64,000 nucleotides of DNA from Epithemia pelagica. Its lineage: Eukaryota; Protista; Bacillariophyta. Position numbers and translations under genes: made by a program. Numbering within the stretch: position 1 is the first letter of the stretch; every line of letters begins with the position of its first letter. The stretch spans positions 1,984,001 through 2,048,000 of the forward strand of contig OX337233.1 in NCBI GenBank assembly GCA_946965045.2, written 5' to 3'. Below the pieces are notes generated by a model. That model saw nothing but the letters and a program-made list of their open reading frames with translations, searched no databases and was not told the origin of the DNA. This document shows positions 28,872 to 40,680 of this stretch, piece by piece.

Positions 28872-28982
28872 CAAAATATGGCTAGCCTATTGAGCGAAAT
28901 TAGCGATAGTAAGGCCTCTAAGCTTGAGGTATGAGATAGTCACAATTTTATATTTTCGAGTCACACCCCTACGCGTATTTTG
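28872..28982 (+). repeat. 3' LTR of Copia element 2
   Basis: Direct repeat of 22694-22804 with one A/G difference. Confidence 0.92.
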
Positions 28983-30184
28983 AAATGTTTAAATTATTTC
29001 TGTCAAATTTCTTTCGATTTAGCACATTATTATAACGTCCAAGCCAACTGTAATAACTGGCTTCGCCCTATTGTGTAGCCGCTTGCGCTCATGTATGACC
29101 GTGAGCCGTGAGACTTGACGAGGCATGGACAAAGAAATCTACAAGCCCATTTTGTGCTCAATAGTCTATTGTTTCAGAAGCGAGTACTCTTTACGCAGTA
29201 GTGGATCGTGGATCTAGCTTGACGGAATCACACACACACACACACCAAACCATGAAATACACACACATGGTGCAATGCACCTCTAGAGGAGTATCAAAAC
29301 AAGCTCCTGGCACTTTGTCTATGGGAAAGATAAAAGCATAGTCCACTACTAGTTTAGGCTTCCTGCTTCCTGGGCTTACATACCCCATGATGACGCTGTG
29401 AACCAGTGCACTGGTTGATTGTTCATTGCACTGGTTGATTGTCATGTTTCATGTTGTCATCCTTCCTTTGATGCATTCCACCTTCACTTGTGATCTAGGT
29501 GGATGGTTTTGACCATAAAGTTGTCACTTTGGTCGTTCGTCCGGCTGGGTGGTTTTCTTTTGGTTTTTGGTGTACTCAGTGCTCATGGTCGTCTTTTGTG
29601 GTGTTGCTCGAAAAGTGAGACGATTCTTGGCCCATGTCCCTGCAATACAAGGCGTGACCGGCGCGTCGATTTCGAACGATCGAAGGGAGGCTGGCGATAT
29701 CACCCGGCTGGCGCTTTGGGAAAAAATACGAGACAATTTTTTTCCATTCGGATGACGGACGAACAAAGGTACCCCCCCCGACCATTTCCGGCGTGACGTG
29801 TACTATGTGATTTTATGTACTCTACGTAGCTTTTGTACTGAGCCTACTTAGATGTACATGGATCGGTATCCCCAGCCCTTAGGACGTGCGAGGGGCCGTG
29901 ACAATCACCTCTCTCATAAGTTACAAAACCCGATGAGCTGTGGAATGTTTGTAGCTCCTGACAATATCAATCTCAAAAGGCAATGCTGATTGTCGTAATG
30001 TATGTCCTTCTAGTGGGCCAAAACACATATTGTTCCCATCAAGGCTTTTCCAGTACACCGCAGAGGTTCGTGCGGTCCCTATCATTGTTTCATTGGACAA
30101 GAGGGCAAGGAACCATCATCATGGCCACTTCCGCAATCACCTAGGTAGTGTGTTTGGAGTTACCGAGCGTTGTTGTGGTATCCT

Positions 30185-32783
30185 TCAGGTTTTCTGGGAG
30201 TTTCGGCCCTTGCCGCCGTGTGTCTTGTGGTTGTTCCTGCTCAATTCTTGAATCGCCTGTTGCGCATGTTCCTCCCAATACACTGCCGTACGAATTGGTG
30301 GCATTTGAATTCCCTTGGCCAATCCACGGAACAAAAAGCTCGAACGACCCACAAACACTGTCCATTCCACGACAGGCGTTGCCACAAATCGCAGACCACA
30401 AACAATGGGGACCACCACAACGTCGACAGTTCAAAAGTGTCGTGTGAGTTGCGTGAAGCAAACTGGCACCACGTCTCGGCGAGAAGCGGTGACGAATCGA
30501 CACACATGTACACAAAAGAGCACTTACTTGCCGCATCAGGAATATTCACCAAGGCGTTTCGAGCCATGAGGTGGGCAAACCACAACTGGGGCGTGGCAAA
30601 TCCCAGAGCCTTGCTTTCGTAATCGGAATCGAAAAAGAGTCGCGCAAAGCAGGCCATGGTTTCATCATCCCGATTGTCTTTGGTTTCAAAGCCAAAGTCA
30701 CGCATGTGCTCGGCCACCACCGCATCGCCGTCATTTTTGGCCAAGGCACACACTATACGGGCCGCCGTGAGACGGTCCTCATCCGACAAACGCCGAACTT
30801 GACCGTAGTCAATCAATCCAATGCGGCCATCGACCAGTTCCAAGCAATTTCCTGGAGAGTCCACACGAACGGATAGTGGGTGAGATTTTAGGCATCCCTT
30901 TGCAAAAGACACAATACGCACACTCTTGTTTGTTTACACACGCACCCGGATGTGGGTCGCCATTGTAACAACCGTTGATAAACATTTGATATCCATGAAC
31001 GCCCAACAAGAGTCGGACTAGTTTTTGATACCGTCGTTGCAAAAATCCCAATTTGAGGACACTGACAAGACCATAACTGTGCAGCAGCACCTTGAGACCA
31101 CCATGACGCCCACGACGACGACGACGTGGTGGATCGCCTCCTCCTCCTCCCACGGGAATGGCAGCCAAACCCGAAACAGGATCGTCCTCCTCGTCCTCTT
31201 GGTGATTCTTCTTCATGTCACCCCACAAGATTTGATCTTGCTGTTCCTTGAGAAAGGCAGCTGCCTTTTTCTCATCACCACCCATGGCCCGTGTTAGACC
31301 ATTTTCAATGGCATTGACGAGTTTGGTTCCATCCAAGAGTTCCATGACCAAAACATTGGGACAACAGAGTTGCAATTCGGGATGTGGCACACAGACAATG
31401 GATGCATTATAGGGCGAGGCCAAGAGATTGGTACGAATTTCTTGCATATCCCGTGCCTCGCGACAATAGTCAAATTCCAACATGAGCCGGCGTTCAAAGG
31501 AATCCAAAATTTGACTCCATCCTGGCATGGCCACCCGACAAAGCCATCGGACGACTTGACAGTCGTGCGCAAAACGCTGTTTGGCTCCCGGATGCATGAC
31601 CTTTACCGCAACCCGAGTATAGTTATGCTTTCGCATTTTGTGGTTGTTGTGGTTGTTTGCGGTAGTATCGGAGCGCTCGAGTCGGTCGGCCCATTCCGGT
31701 GTCAAGGTAGCGGCATGAACTTGTCCAATGGAAGCCGATCCCAAGGCGACGGCATCCATGTGTTGAAAGACGTCTTCGTATGCGAGATTAAAGTGTTCCT
31801 GGAGAGCGTCTCGAACGATTTTTTCAATCCGATCAATCGGCCATTGAGGAATGGCATCTTGCACAGTCGAAAACCGGGTAATGTATTGGGGAGGGACAAA
31901 ATCGGGACGCGTCGACAAAACTAGAGAACAGGAAAGCAGCAGGGTGACAACAACAACAACCAACAATGACGACGATAAGGACCCAAAGGGGAAAAAGATC
32001 AGACAGAGGAAGAACCGCATCAAGGAACCGTGTGAATACTTGCAATTGCACAGATATACATGGAATGTTGTGTTTTTTTGGATACGTACCTTGTCCCAGT
32101 TTGCAGTACAATCCCTGAAGATGCAAAATGAGTTGCAGGCTGGGTTCGGCATAGCGGTCGTGCAATTGTTGATACATGTGGTCTCGCTGGGCGGGCGTCG
32201 TCGTGTTGCGACGCACGTGTTGCAACCAAAAATGGGTCCATTGATAATGCGCCACAATGGGGCCCGCATGCCACCAAAAATAGGCCGCTCGACGAACGGC
32301 CGGAGACGACACGACCCGTTGGCCCAGGACAATCGCCACTGTGGCGACCGCCGCCGTGATCCATCCCGAACGAGGCAACCGCGCCAACAGCAAACGGACC
32401 AAGGACAAGGAAGATTGCTCCATACTTCGGCCCCCAGTGAAATTGAGAGAGTTCCACCACCGTTGTGGGTGAGGCACACGTCGTCTCCCACCTCGAGGAA
32501 TAGAGAACGTTGCACTGTCTTGTAGTGAATCCTTGTGACTGTTGTTGTTATTTCTCAGCCAGTTGGAAGGACTCTCCAAACAGCATGTCATGCGGCGCGG
32601 AGGAGACAAGGATGACCCCGGATGTAAAGCTTGTCGTCGTCCAAACTGCGGAGCACTCGTTCTAGTCCAAACAGACGAGCCTGTTTCGACCTGTTGACGA
32701 CGGTCCGCTGCACTCTCTACCAACAACAACGCAAAACCATTGACGAGCATGTACCAGCACAACAAAAAGCGTGGAGCCACCAT
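30185..32783 (-). CDS. ABC1/ADCK (aarF-like) atypical kinase; exons about 32783-32090, 31920-30946, 30851-30528, 30357-30185
   Basis: GLYCKLGQ|VLSTRPD, ALGSASIGQVH, VAVKV, GDPHPG|N, LIDYGQV motifs; three GT-AG introns restore the frame. Confidence 0.9.
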
Positions 32784-33347
32784 GTTGTTGTCTGCCGCTC
32801 TTGTAGGTCGTTGCTTCCAATATCCAGAACACAAAACGATATGGGTGGCAGTGGCAACTCGTTTTACAAACACTTGTTTTTGCAGTCGAAAAGACAAATT
32901 GCTTCTTTGGTTGCTGTAGAATGCAGCACGAGTGTGTACCCGCAGTATAGGTATCTTTCATCGTTGGCAACTTCCGATTCCGACGTGGCGCAATCGTAAT
33001 GTTTACACCTTAGCGCGCAATAATTTTGTTATTATGACTATGTGATAAAAACACCCGCTACGAAGTGATCTCATGGCAACAGTACCCATGAATCAATGAT
33101 CATCGTCGCCACCAAAGGTCAAAACCAGGACTACCTGGATATATCACGTGAACATGGCAAAAATGATGAAGTGTCATCTTTCGATTTTCGTTTCGTAGAG
33201 AGGCGTAAGGGACGGCCGTAAGGTAGGTCATGTGGCACGTCTGGAATGCGGGCACGATAAACCTTTGCTTCTGGATTCACGTAAAAGTCGGAAATTTGGA
33301 TGCATTCCGTCTTGTCCGACATTCGTTGGGGACAACAACGTTACGAC

Positions 33348-34244
33348 ATGCCAGCGGCAATCACAACAAACAACAGCAGCATGGAACTGCTTCCTGTTGT
33401 ACGCCCTCCTTACAAGGAGAGGAAGGTCGTGAGATTTGAGGGGTGGGACTCGGAGGAGGAAAGACAGCGATCTGCTCGCGGAGATGTTCTTCGACAACGG
33501 GTGAAAGAGGAGCGACGGCAGAGAAGAATGGCCAACCAATACTTCCGAAATTCCGCGCGAAATGCGTACGCAGCTCTTGTCAACGACGCGAACTGGGCTC
33601 GTTTGGATGGCTTTGCAAGAGAACCTCATGGTAATTATTTCAGACTTCTTTTCGGACAAGTTTATCAGGGTCTCGTTGATGCAGGACTACTAGTACGATC
33701 CCGGGGTGAGCAGGGGACTTCCGCTGTGCTGAATCGCATTCGACGTGCAGCGATTGAGTACACACGAATTGTGCCACACCCAAATCTCGTGAACGACCTA
33801 GCTCTTATTGGCCTAGATCGTCCTTTTCATGATACATTTCTAGGAGCGACTGTCCCGGATGACGAGGAAACTCCTGTCGCAGCGGCACCTTCTGCTCATC
33901 CAGCACAAGCTTCGCAACCGCAAGAGCGCCAAGATCAAGTTCAGCATCAGGCTTAGCCTCAAGATCAAGCAGCAATGGTGCGAGAGCACCTGCGAGCGTT
34001 TAATGTCCCGGGAAGCCAGATGGACCGTGCATTCGATGCGTGTGGATACACCGCGTCCTTGTCCAATGTAGTCCTTTGGCTTTGCGCGAATTTGGACCAG
34101 CACAATGTTTCACCCTCTTTGCTTCCCTCTTTGCTTGCGGTTCAGTATGTGATACAGGAACAACAACAGGAACAGCGAGGTCAGCGTCGTGCTCGTGGGG
34201 AAGACGACCAGAATAACGGACGCAATGTCCGCGGACGCACGTAA
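33348..34244 (+). pseudogene. Hypothetical protein interrupted by an in-frame TAG (33954-33956); downstream part is UBA-like
   Basis: ORFs 33300-33956 and 33975-34244 share a frame. Second part REHLRAFNVPGSQMDRAFDACG...VVLWLCANLD resembles a UBA-like helical bundle. Confidence 0.4.
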
Positions 34245-34633
34245 CGTAACGGTGGTCCATTTCCTATTGGGCGAACGGCAACCTCCTAAAGTACCACAAT
34301 CTGTACGGTCTGTAGGCATTCAGCTAGACCAGCAGTGACTTGTGTTGGAACAAACTGTTGTACAACGAAGCTTTGTAGTTACGCTAGTCCTTCTAACTGG
34401 TATCCTAATTTCGAAATGGTTGCCCGCGTGGTCCTACTTGATATTGGACGTCCGATCAACTTTACTAAAAGCACTAAACAAAAGATGGATTGGTAAATTT
34501 CATGAATCAATAAAGTGTTTTGTTAGAAGTCATGTGTCTGATCAATATCTTCCTTGGATAAAATCTTCTTTTCAGTACTACATCTGCTCGTTTCCGCATA
34601 TCATTCCGTCTTTTCGAATGATTGTTTTTGGTC

Positions 34634-35494
34634 CTAATTGCGAAGTGATCCGCCACGAGCCAAAATGGCTTGCTCACGAGCCGTCAACTGGACGGGCTCT
34701 TCGACCCGGACTTCTCCTTCTTGCGGATCTTCAATCAAGTTCATTTCGGCCAACCGTTCTGCTTCCTTTTCTTCGGCCGTCATGAGACGTTGACGCCACA
34801 TTTCATTCTTGTAGGGGCGCCCACCACCTTTGGCTTCGTCCAAATCACCTTCGTATTCCCACTTACGCTTCGAGGCCGGATTGTAGGGCGATCCAGGTTG
34901 CGTGTAGTAGGCGTCCGGTTGATGGGGTGGCAATCCGACAATAGGGTTTCCAATACCATACCCACGTGAACGAATTTGCGATTGATTGTGCATGTGATGA
35001 AAATTGAAATAGGGTTCTTGGTGACCAATGTTGTGCTTGAAGGGGTTGTGCGAAATTTCGGCATAATTCACATGTTTCAATTTTTCTTGAAAGAATTCTT
35101 CCTCATAGGGTGGTGCACAGTCGTTGATACTGTGCATCCAACCATGCCATTCCGGAGGAATTTGTGTCGCATCAAAGTTGTGGATATCTCCTGGTTCCAC
35201 CCAACGGTGTTGCCCGTAGGGGTAGTCGACACGGTTTTCGTAATAGCGATTTCCGGCCGCATCGCAACCCATGTATGTACCAAACTTGAATGGAAAATCA
35301 CCATTCTACAATCATGATAAAGAGGACGAGGCAAAGTCAGACAAAACACTCTTGGGCGTGTGACATCATGAACCACGTTCATGCCACAGACCACAGACAT
35401 CACCTCTTACCGTGTACATGTGTTCAAGCAGCCCCCACCAGCCTCCTCGGAACTTGAGGGCTTGACGAAAGTTCATTATGACACCGTACACCAT
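34634..35494 (-). CDS. NDUFA12: NADH:ubiquinone oxidoreductase subunit A12 (B17.2); exons 35494-35411, 35305-34634
   Basis: GTYMGCDAAGNRYYEN...GQHRWVE...IPPEWHGWMH family signature; GT-AG intron 35306-35410. Confidence 0.92.
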
Positions 35495-35843
35495 GGTTTT
35501 TGCTTTGTTTGGATGGTAAAAAAGAGAACACACTCCACTAAAGTCACCCAACCTTGCTTATGTTATATTGTGTTGTCCGACAAACACCGACGAACGTCAA
35601 CACGCAACGCGGCGCTGAAGCTCAACACTGAGGGATCGGACGATGGACCGACTCAGAACTCTAAATGCGACTGAACATTCATTGAACCGTCCAACACTCC
35701 ATCCACAATGCCTTCGCCTCATCCTCATCTGGTTCAAGGCTTCAAAAAGAAGACAGACCAAAACATCGCAATGTATCATACTCAGCAGGGTTGAATGCAT
35801 GAGGATTGGTTGAATATGTACATGATTATAGATTATCATTAAA

Positions 35844-37313
35844 ATGAACAATCGGGAATTTCAGAAGTTCGTTCAAGATCGAGCACCGTCTGCAAGCAAC
35901 AATAAGAAGAAGAAAGGGGACCCTCCAAAGCACAAATCCACGCGCGAAATTGCTCGTACTGCCGTCGAGGCGGAATTCCAGAAAAAGGCCGGTCGAGGAC
36001 GAAGAAGAAACAACGGCTCGTATGAATCTTCCGATGAAGAAGACACTCGTTCCAAAAAGAGGTCACGAAAAACGGACGAGCAGTACCATGATTTAGTGCC
36101 ATCCAGTCTTGGAAAAGCAAAAGGAGGACCTTCCAACCAAGATGCACCGAATCGCAGCAAATATAGAGATCGGGCCAAGGAACGACGAGAGGGAACCAAT
36201 GCGGTGGAGCCATCGTTTGAAGATGAGTTTTTGGAGGAAGCGTTTGCCGATTCCGCAACCCAACAAACGGATCAAAATTCGACGGTTGCTCCAACACAGG
36301 ATCAAACGGAACAGTCCGCATCCTCGCACTTTTGTCAAACGCTGGTCGAAGCACAGCAATTCCTCCAAACTTACCAACAACAACAGCAGCTTCCGCAGCA
36401 ACAACACGATTCGGCTCGGTCCGCATCCATCCATGAAAAACAACCCATTCGGATCCGATCGGAATTAGGACATGAAATGCTCGAGTACTTGAGGTTTTGT
36501 CATGGTTCCACCAACCACAAAGACAAGACGACGGCGGAGGCAATGGGTGTGTCTTCGTCCCTCCATCGAACTGTTCTCACCTTTACCACGAGAGCTCACC
36601 CTGGAGATGTCACTCGAGCCTGGGAACTGCCTCGAGAAGAAGTGGTCTTGCGGGGTGACGATGGTTCCAACCTCTTTCAAAAAGCTTGTCCACTACCGTC
36701 ACAACTCATTGGTCGAATCGAACAAGTTTTAGATGGCAACCGTAACAGGACGTTGCGCGGAGAAACCACAAAGCCCACAAACGAAACGACGAGCGGTCAG
36801 AATCAGAAAGATTCTGTCACGAACAAGCCACCACAGGAAGAGCCCAACAGCGACGACGACGATATTTTTGCCGACTTGGAGGATTATGATCCACTGGCAG
36901 AATCCAACAAAACAGATTCCATCTCGGCTGCCAATAGGAACGATAGCCAAACGGCGGCGGTAGTGGACGTCAAGTCGACGACGGCAACAACAGGAAAGAT
37001 TGAGAAACAATCCTTTTTCGATGTGGATCGTAAAATACCTGCCCCCGGTACCACAGCCACAACCTCCTCCAGTGCTGTTGGCAACGAACAAAAAAGCAAG
37101 GGTGCCGATTCCATGGACCAGGAGGACCAAAGCGAGCTGGCAACTGGAACGAAACCGACGCGTCTACAGAGACTTTCCTCGCTGTCGTACGAAATGGATA
37201 CCATGGACGCGGACTTTAGTGGTCAATACGAAGCAGATGAGGATGAGGAAGGCAAGAAAAAGAACAAGAAGGGCAAGAAAACCAAACGTGGATCCACAAC
37301 GGACGACGATTGA
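35844..37313 (+). CDS. RED/IK-like spliceosomal protein (RED N-terminal domain)
   Basis: MNNREFQKF start and KYRDRAKERREG motif; acidic/basic low complexity. Confidence 0.65.
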   Translation: MNNREFQKFVQDRAPSASNNKKKKGDPPKHKSTREIARTAVEAEFQKKAGRGRRRNNGSYESSDEEDTRSKKRSRKTDEQYHDLVPSSLGKAKGGPSNQDAPNRSKYRDRAKERREGTNAVEPSFEDEFLEEAFADSATQQTDQNSTVAPTQDQTEQSASSHFCQTLVEAQQFLQTYQQQQQLPQQQHDSARSASIHEKQPIRIRSELGHEMLEYLRFCHGSTNHKDKTTAEAMGVSSSLHRTVLTFTTRAHPGDVTRAWELPREEVVLRGDDGSNLFQKACPLPSQLIGRIEQVLDGNRNRTLRGETTKPTNETTSGQNQKDSVTNKPPQEEPNSDDDDIFADLEDYDPLAESNKTDSISAANRNDSQTAAVVDVKSTTATTGKIEKQSFFDVDRKIPAPGTTATTSSSAVGNEQKSKGADSMDQEDQSELATGTKPTRLQRLSSLSYEMDTMDADFSGQYEADEDEEGKKKNKKGKKTKRGSTTDDD

Positions 37314-37729
37314 GACAAAAGAGTTGACTGTCATTATTCGGGCGGAAATCGCACCGTTTGTTTTGCCTCTACAAATCACAAGCTCTCTCCGATACGGTTC
37401 TATCTTTATTGGTCCACCTAAGGGAATAGGTCCCCACGTTGACGCGAGAGAAGATGAATCCGCAGGTGTTATCATCTCCAACATGGATGTATCTACCATG
37501 AGAAGATCGCAAAACAAACCACCCAGAGTCATATGGTCATGTGTGCGTCCGCGGGTGCATATATCAATGTCACGTGACTTTCTCATATGGTTGCACTGTG
37601 CTTTGGTGCACCACGAGAAAGAGACTCGCTTTCTAGCAGATCAAGGTCCATGAAAAAAGCCCTGTATGGTTATGGAACGTCCTCCGTCACTGTCAAATCC
37701 TGTAGCTTACAAAGGACTAACAACACAGA

Positions 37730-40642
37730 TCAGTCGATCCATTGATGGGCCGATTCTTGATGGAATTCCACACTGGAAAATCCATCCAGGTTGGAAACCG
37801 TTTGGTCGATTCCGGTAACGGCATCAAACGAGTCTCGTTCATGAGGTTCTTTCCAGACCAACTTGAGCTTTTCAAAGACTTGTTGTTCCGAGTGGACAGA
37901 ATCCATGACACGAACCTTACTCTTTTGTTCAAACAAACCATGGTCATTCAAGGTCCAGTGAAATTTCCGGAGGGACCACAATCGCATGGATCGGTTAAAA
38001 TAGCCATTTCCCGTAAAGTAGAGCAAGGCAAAGATACGTTCCCGACTGGGATAAAACTTGATATCGATTCTCCGCAGTTTCTTGTGGCACAGGGGACTCA
38101 CAAAAATACCCATGTACGAGGAACATGTTGTACCGGTCATGTTCGTGTGCGTCTTTTTCTCAGCAGGCATACCTCCAAGGTGTCGTTGGATCCAATCCGG
38201 CAGACTGTCATTGTATTCCCCCTCATCCATTCCAGGCAACCACGTCAAGTGATGGGCCAAATGACCCTTGCGCCTTAAGTCTTGGACAATTTTCCCCAGG
38301 GCTCGAGGTGGCACCGTTGTCACGTATTTGGGATGGGTAATGAGAACATCGACATCTCCATAACGACCCTTTTGTCGTCGAAAACTTCCCAAGATTTCCA
38401 CCGTGGCATTGGGAAAGCGTTCCCGGATAGCCTCCTGGACAATCTGTCCAATGGCCTGGACTTCCGTTTCCGTCATTGTTTCTTGAAACTCATGGTAACA
38501 CTGCAATCCCAGGCATTGATTGCGTGTCAACTGAAGTCCACCGTTCTTTTTTGACTTGAACGACATGGCGTGTTTTATATCCGCAATGGACCGATATCCC
38601 GCTCGTACCAAGTTCAATGCCGTTTCTCGACCCACACCCCAAATTTGACACAAGACACGGAGGGCTTGTCGTTCGGGATCGTTTTGCGCATGACGAATGC
38701 GTTGGACACGACGACATGCCACCTCGTGGGCTGTTTCCTTCTCGTCGTCCTCGGGAGGTGTGCGCCGTTGTGGTCCAGGTTCTTGGTCTGGTTGTTGTTG
38801 TTCGTCGTATTTGTCTTCTTCTTGTGCTTGTTGGTAGTGTTGGACATGGGTCAAATATTCCGTCAGGAGAGCAAGACTGGACGATCCAATGCCTGGAATG
38901 CAAGCCACGTGCTCGTGGAGATTGTCCACATCGAGTTCCACCGTCAAGTGTCGGACACGACCCGCAATGAGTTGAAAACTATAGGATCGCCACAAATCCT
39001 GTGGGTCCAAGGGTGCCTCTTGATAGAGCTTGGCCAAGGTTTCGAGCATAAGCGAAATGCCCTGGTTGCGAGGACGACAAGGTGGCAAAGCATTTGTTGT
39101 TGTCGACGACGACGCAGGAACAGTCGTGGTGTCGTCCGGCTGGTAGCCGCTGTGGGTAGGAGATCGACGGGTGGTCTTTGGGGTCGTCCTTGTGGTTGTG
39201 GTTGTTGGTTTGCGGAACGCCTGTTTGGCGGGAGGCGAGGACGGACGATACAAGGGTCGATAGAGGTGATTGTGTTCCAAACGTGGCGGTGCCAAGGATC
39301 GTCCCGCACTAGCACTAGTGACCCATTCCCGAGTGCAACAGACAATACCATGGTGGTGGACGAAGGTTCGCAAGTCGGCCACCGTGTCAAATCGCAAGGT
39401 TTCGGCCAAGACTTGGACCGAGAGGGACGGACTTACAATCCAATGGGTGGCCATGGAGAGTGTTGTTTTGTGGGTCGTGTCGTCGTTGTCGTCATCCAGA
39501 CGACACGATACCAGGGTGGCTCCCCGACGTTGCGCCAATTCCTTGGGTCCGACCAAAATGGCGGGGTGCATATCACGACCCTTTTCGACAAAGTACAAGC
39601 GATAGTTGTTGGTTGTTCTGGTGGAACAAGGACCATTCTCCTCCTCCATTGCAGTAGACGTCGACAATGATGACAAAACCTTGTCGTTGTTGCTGTGGAA
39701 AAGAGAGGAGAGAGTCTCCGTTTGGGTCTTGTCCTGGTCCTCCGTGATGCGATTGGTGGACAGAGGGAGTGATGAGGATGGTTCGTCCAGTGGACGGTGA
39801 CTCGTAATGGATTGCGTAGTGTCATGACGACTTGTCTGGCCACACTGGAGATTTATTGGAGGACCACTGGGATGGATGGTTGTGCAGGTGTCACGTGATG
39901 CATTGGATGGATGGTTGGTGGTTGGTTCCTTGGACGCTGCTGGTGGAAGGATTCCATCGTCCACACGAGTGGATGACTTTTGTCTGGAAAGTTCGTCGAG
40001 CTCTTGTTTGGAGCGAGGCGGTGTTTCCATATTCATAATCAGTAATTCTCTCGAGGTGTAGTACTCTTGTTTCTTGTGTTGCAAAAAACACAGTCGATTT
40101 TTTACGGAATGATGGACGGGTGGTCGATGAGATGCGTCGTTGGTACTACGTGCCGCAGTCCCAGACGGCGAAGGATTTTCCGCAATGCTAGTTGGTTTGT
40201 TGTTGTTGTTGTCGTCGTCGTCTTCCTGGTGACCATGATGGGTGGTGGCTGCCTCGGAACTAAAAGTTTCCAAATTTGATGCCGAGGAGGTCGCCAACCA
40301 GTGCCGTCGTTTTTTCTCGTGCGCTGGCTCCAGGATGGGACCGTGGTGACTCCTTCTTGGAGGATTGTGGAACGATGGGACCGTCCTGGCGTCATTCCAT
40401 TTGGTTGGTTCCTGGTGGTCTTGGGTGATTGAAGTCCTGCGGCTGCGATTGGAACTTGGTGACGACGGTTTGGTTGTGGTGCTGGTGGCATTGCTGCTGG
40501 ATGATGGAGTCTTGGTACAAGATGCGGATTCCTCTGTGTGGTTTCGCTCCTTACCATCATCCACACGAGACACGAATGGTGGTGGTAGATCAAAGGTTGG
40601 AATGGGTATTGGTCGCCGTCGTTTGCGACTGTTTCGACCCAT
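37730..40642 (-). CDS. Family X DNA polymerase (Pol lambda-like)
   Basis: 8-kDa domain (NQGISLML...IPGIG), HhH IWGVG, GSFRR...GDVDVLITHP, RRIDIK, LLYFTGNGYFNRSMR, C-terminal EPHERD; possible degenerate BRCT upstream. Confidence 0.93.
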   Translation of the reverse strand: MGRNSRKRRRPIPIPTFDLPPPFVSRVDDGKERNHTEESASCTKTPSSSSNATSTTTKPSSPSSNRSRRTSITQDHQEPTKWNDARTVPSFHNPPRRSHHGPILEPAHEKKRRHWLATSSASNLETFSSEAATTHHGHQEDDDDNNNNKPTSIAENPSPSGTAARSTNDASHRPPVHHSVKNRLCFLQHKKQEYYTSRELLIMNMETPPRSKQELDELSRQKSSTRVDDGILPPAASKEPTTNHPSNASRDTCTTIHPSGPPINLQCGQTSRHDTTQSITSHRPLDEPSSSLPLSTNRITEDQDKTQTETLSSLFHSNNDKVLSSLSTSTAMEEENGPCSTRTTNNYRLYFVEKGRDMHPAILVGPKELAQRRGATLVSCRLDDDNDDTTHKTTLSMATHWIVSPSLSVQVLAETLRFDTVADLRTFVHHHGIVCCTREWVTSASAGRSLAPPRLEHNHLYRPLYRPSSPPAKQAFRKPTTTTTRTTPKTTRRSPTHSGYQPDDTTTVPASSSTTTNALPPCRPRNQGISLMLETLAKLYQEAPLDPQDLWRSYSFQLIAGRVRHLTVELDVDNLHEHVACIPGIGSSSLALLTEYLTHVQHYQQAQEEDKYDEQQQPDQEPGPQRRTPPEDDEKETAHEVACRRVQRIRHAQNDPERQALRVLCQIWGVGRETALNLVRAGYRSIADIKHAMSFKSKKNGGLQLTRNQCLGLQCYHEFQETMTETEVQAIGQIVQEAIRERFPNATVEILGSFRRQKGRYGDVDVLITHPKYVTTVPPRALGKIVQDLRRKGHLAHHLTWLPGMDEGEYNDSLPDWIQRHLGGMPAEKKTHTNMTGTTCSSYMGIFVSPLCHKKLRRIDIKFYPSRERIFALLYFTGNGYFNRSMRLWSLRKFHWTLNDHGLFEQKSKVRVMDSVHSEQQVFEKLKLVWKEPHERDSFDAVTGIDQTVSNLDGFSSVEFHQESAHQWID

Positions 40643-40680
40643 TATTGTCGTGATGATAGTGACCAGGGTATAGAAGTCAA

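Larger units (their letters stand above)
22694..28982 (+). mobile_element. Full-length Ty1/Copia LTR retrotransposon (diatom CoDi-like), element 2, nested in the TIR element
   Basis: 111-bp LTRs 22694-22804 and 28872-28982 differ by one substitution. GAGGGGA purine tract at 28864-28870. AAAT at both flanks. gag plus PR-IN-RT-RH. Confidence 0.95.
22133..29879. mobile_element. Non-autonomous TIR DNA transposon (~1.45 kb without the nested Copia 2)
   Basis: TIR AGGGCTGGGGATACCGA(C/T)CCATGTACATCTAAGTAGGCTCAGTACA at 22133-22178 and its reverse complement ending at 29879 (45/46 identical, similarity continuing ~12 bp). Flanked by TA at 22131-22132 and 29880-29881. Confidence 0.85.

Noticed and set aside
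29228-29245. (CA)n and (CAA)n microsatellites here and at about 49379 and 53891
   Set aside because: Ordinary simple repeats typical of this genome.
38570-39670. Long antisense ORFs (also 4285-4959, 30809-32515 upstream part, 52049-52891, 53357-54466)
   Set aside because: Shadow frames of real genes or retained introns, produced by codon bias and trinucleotide repeats; no domains recognised.
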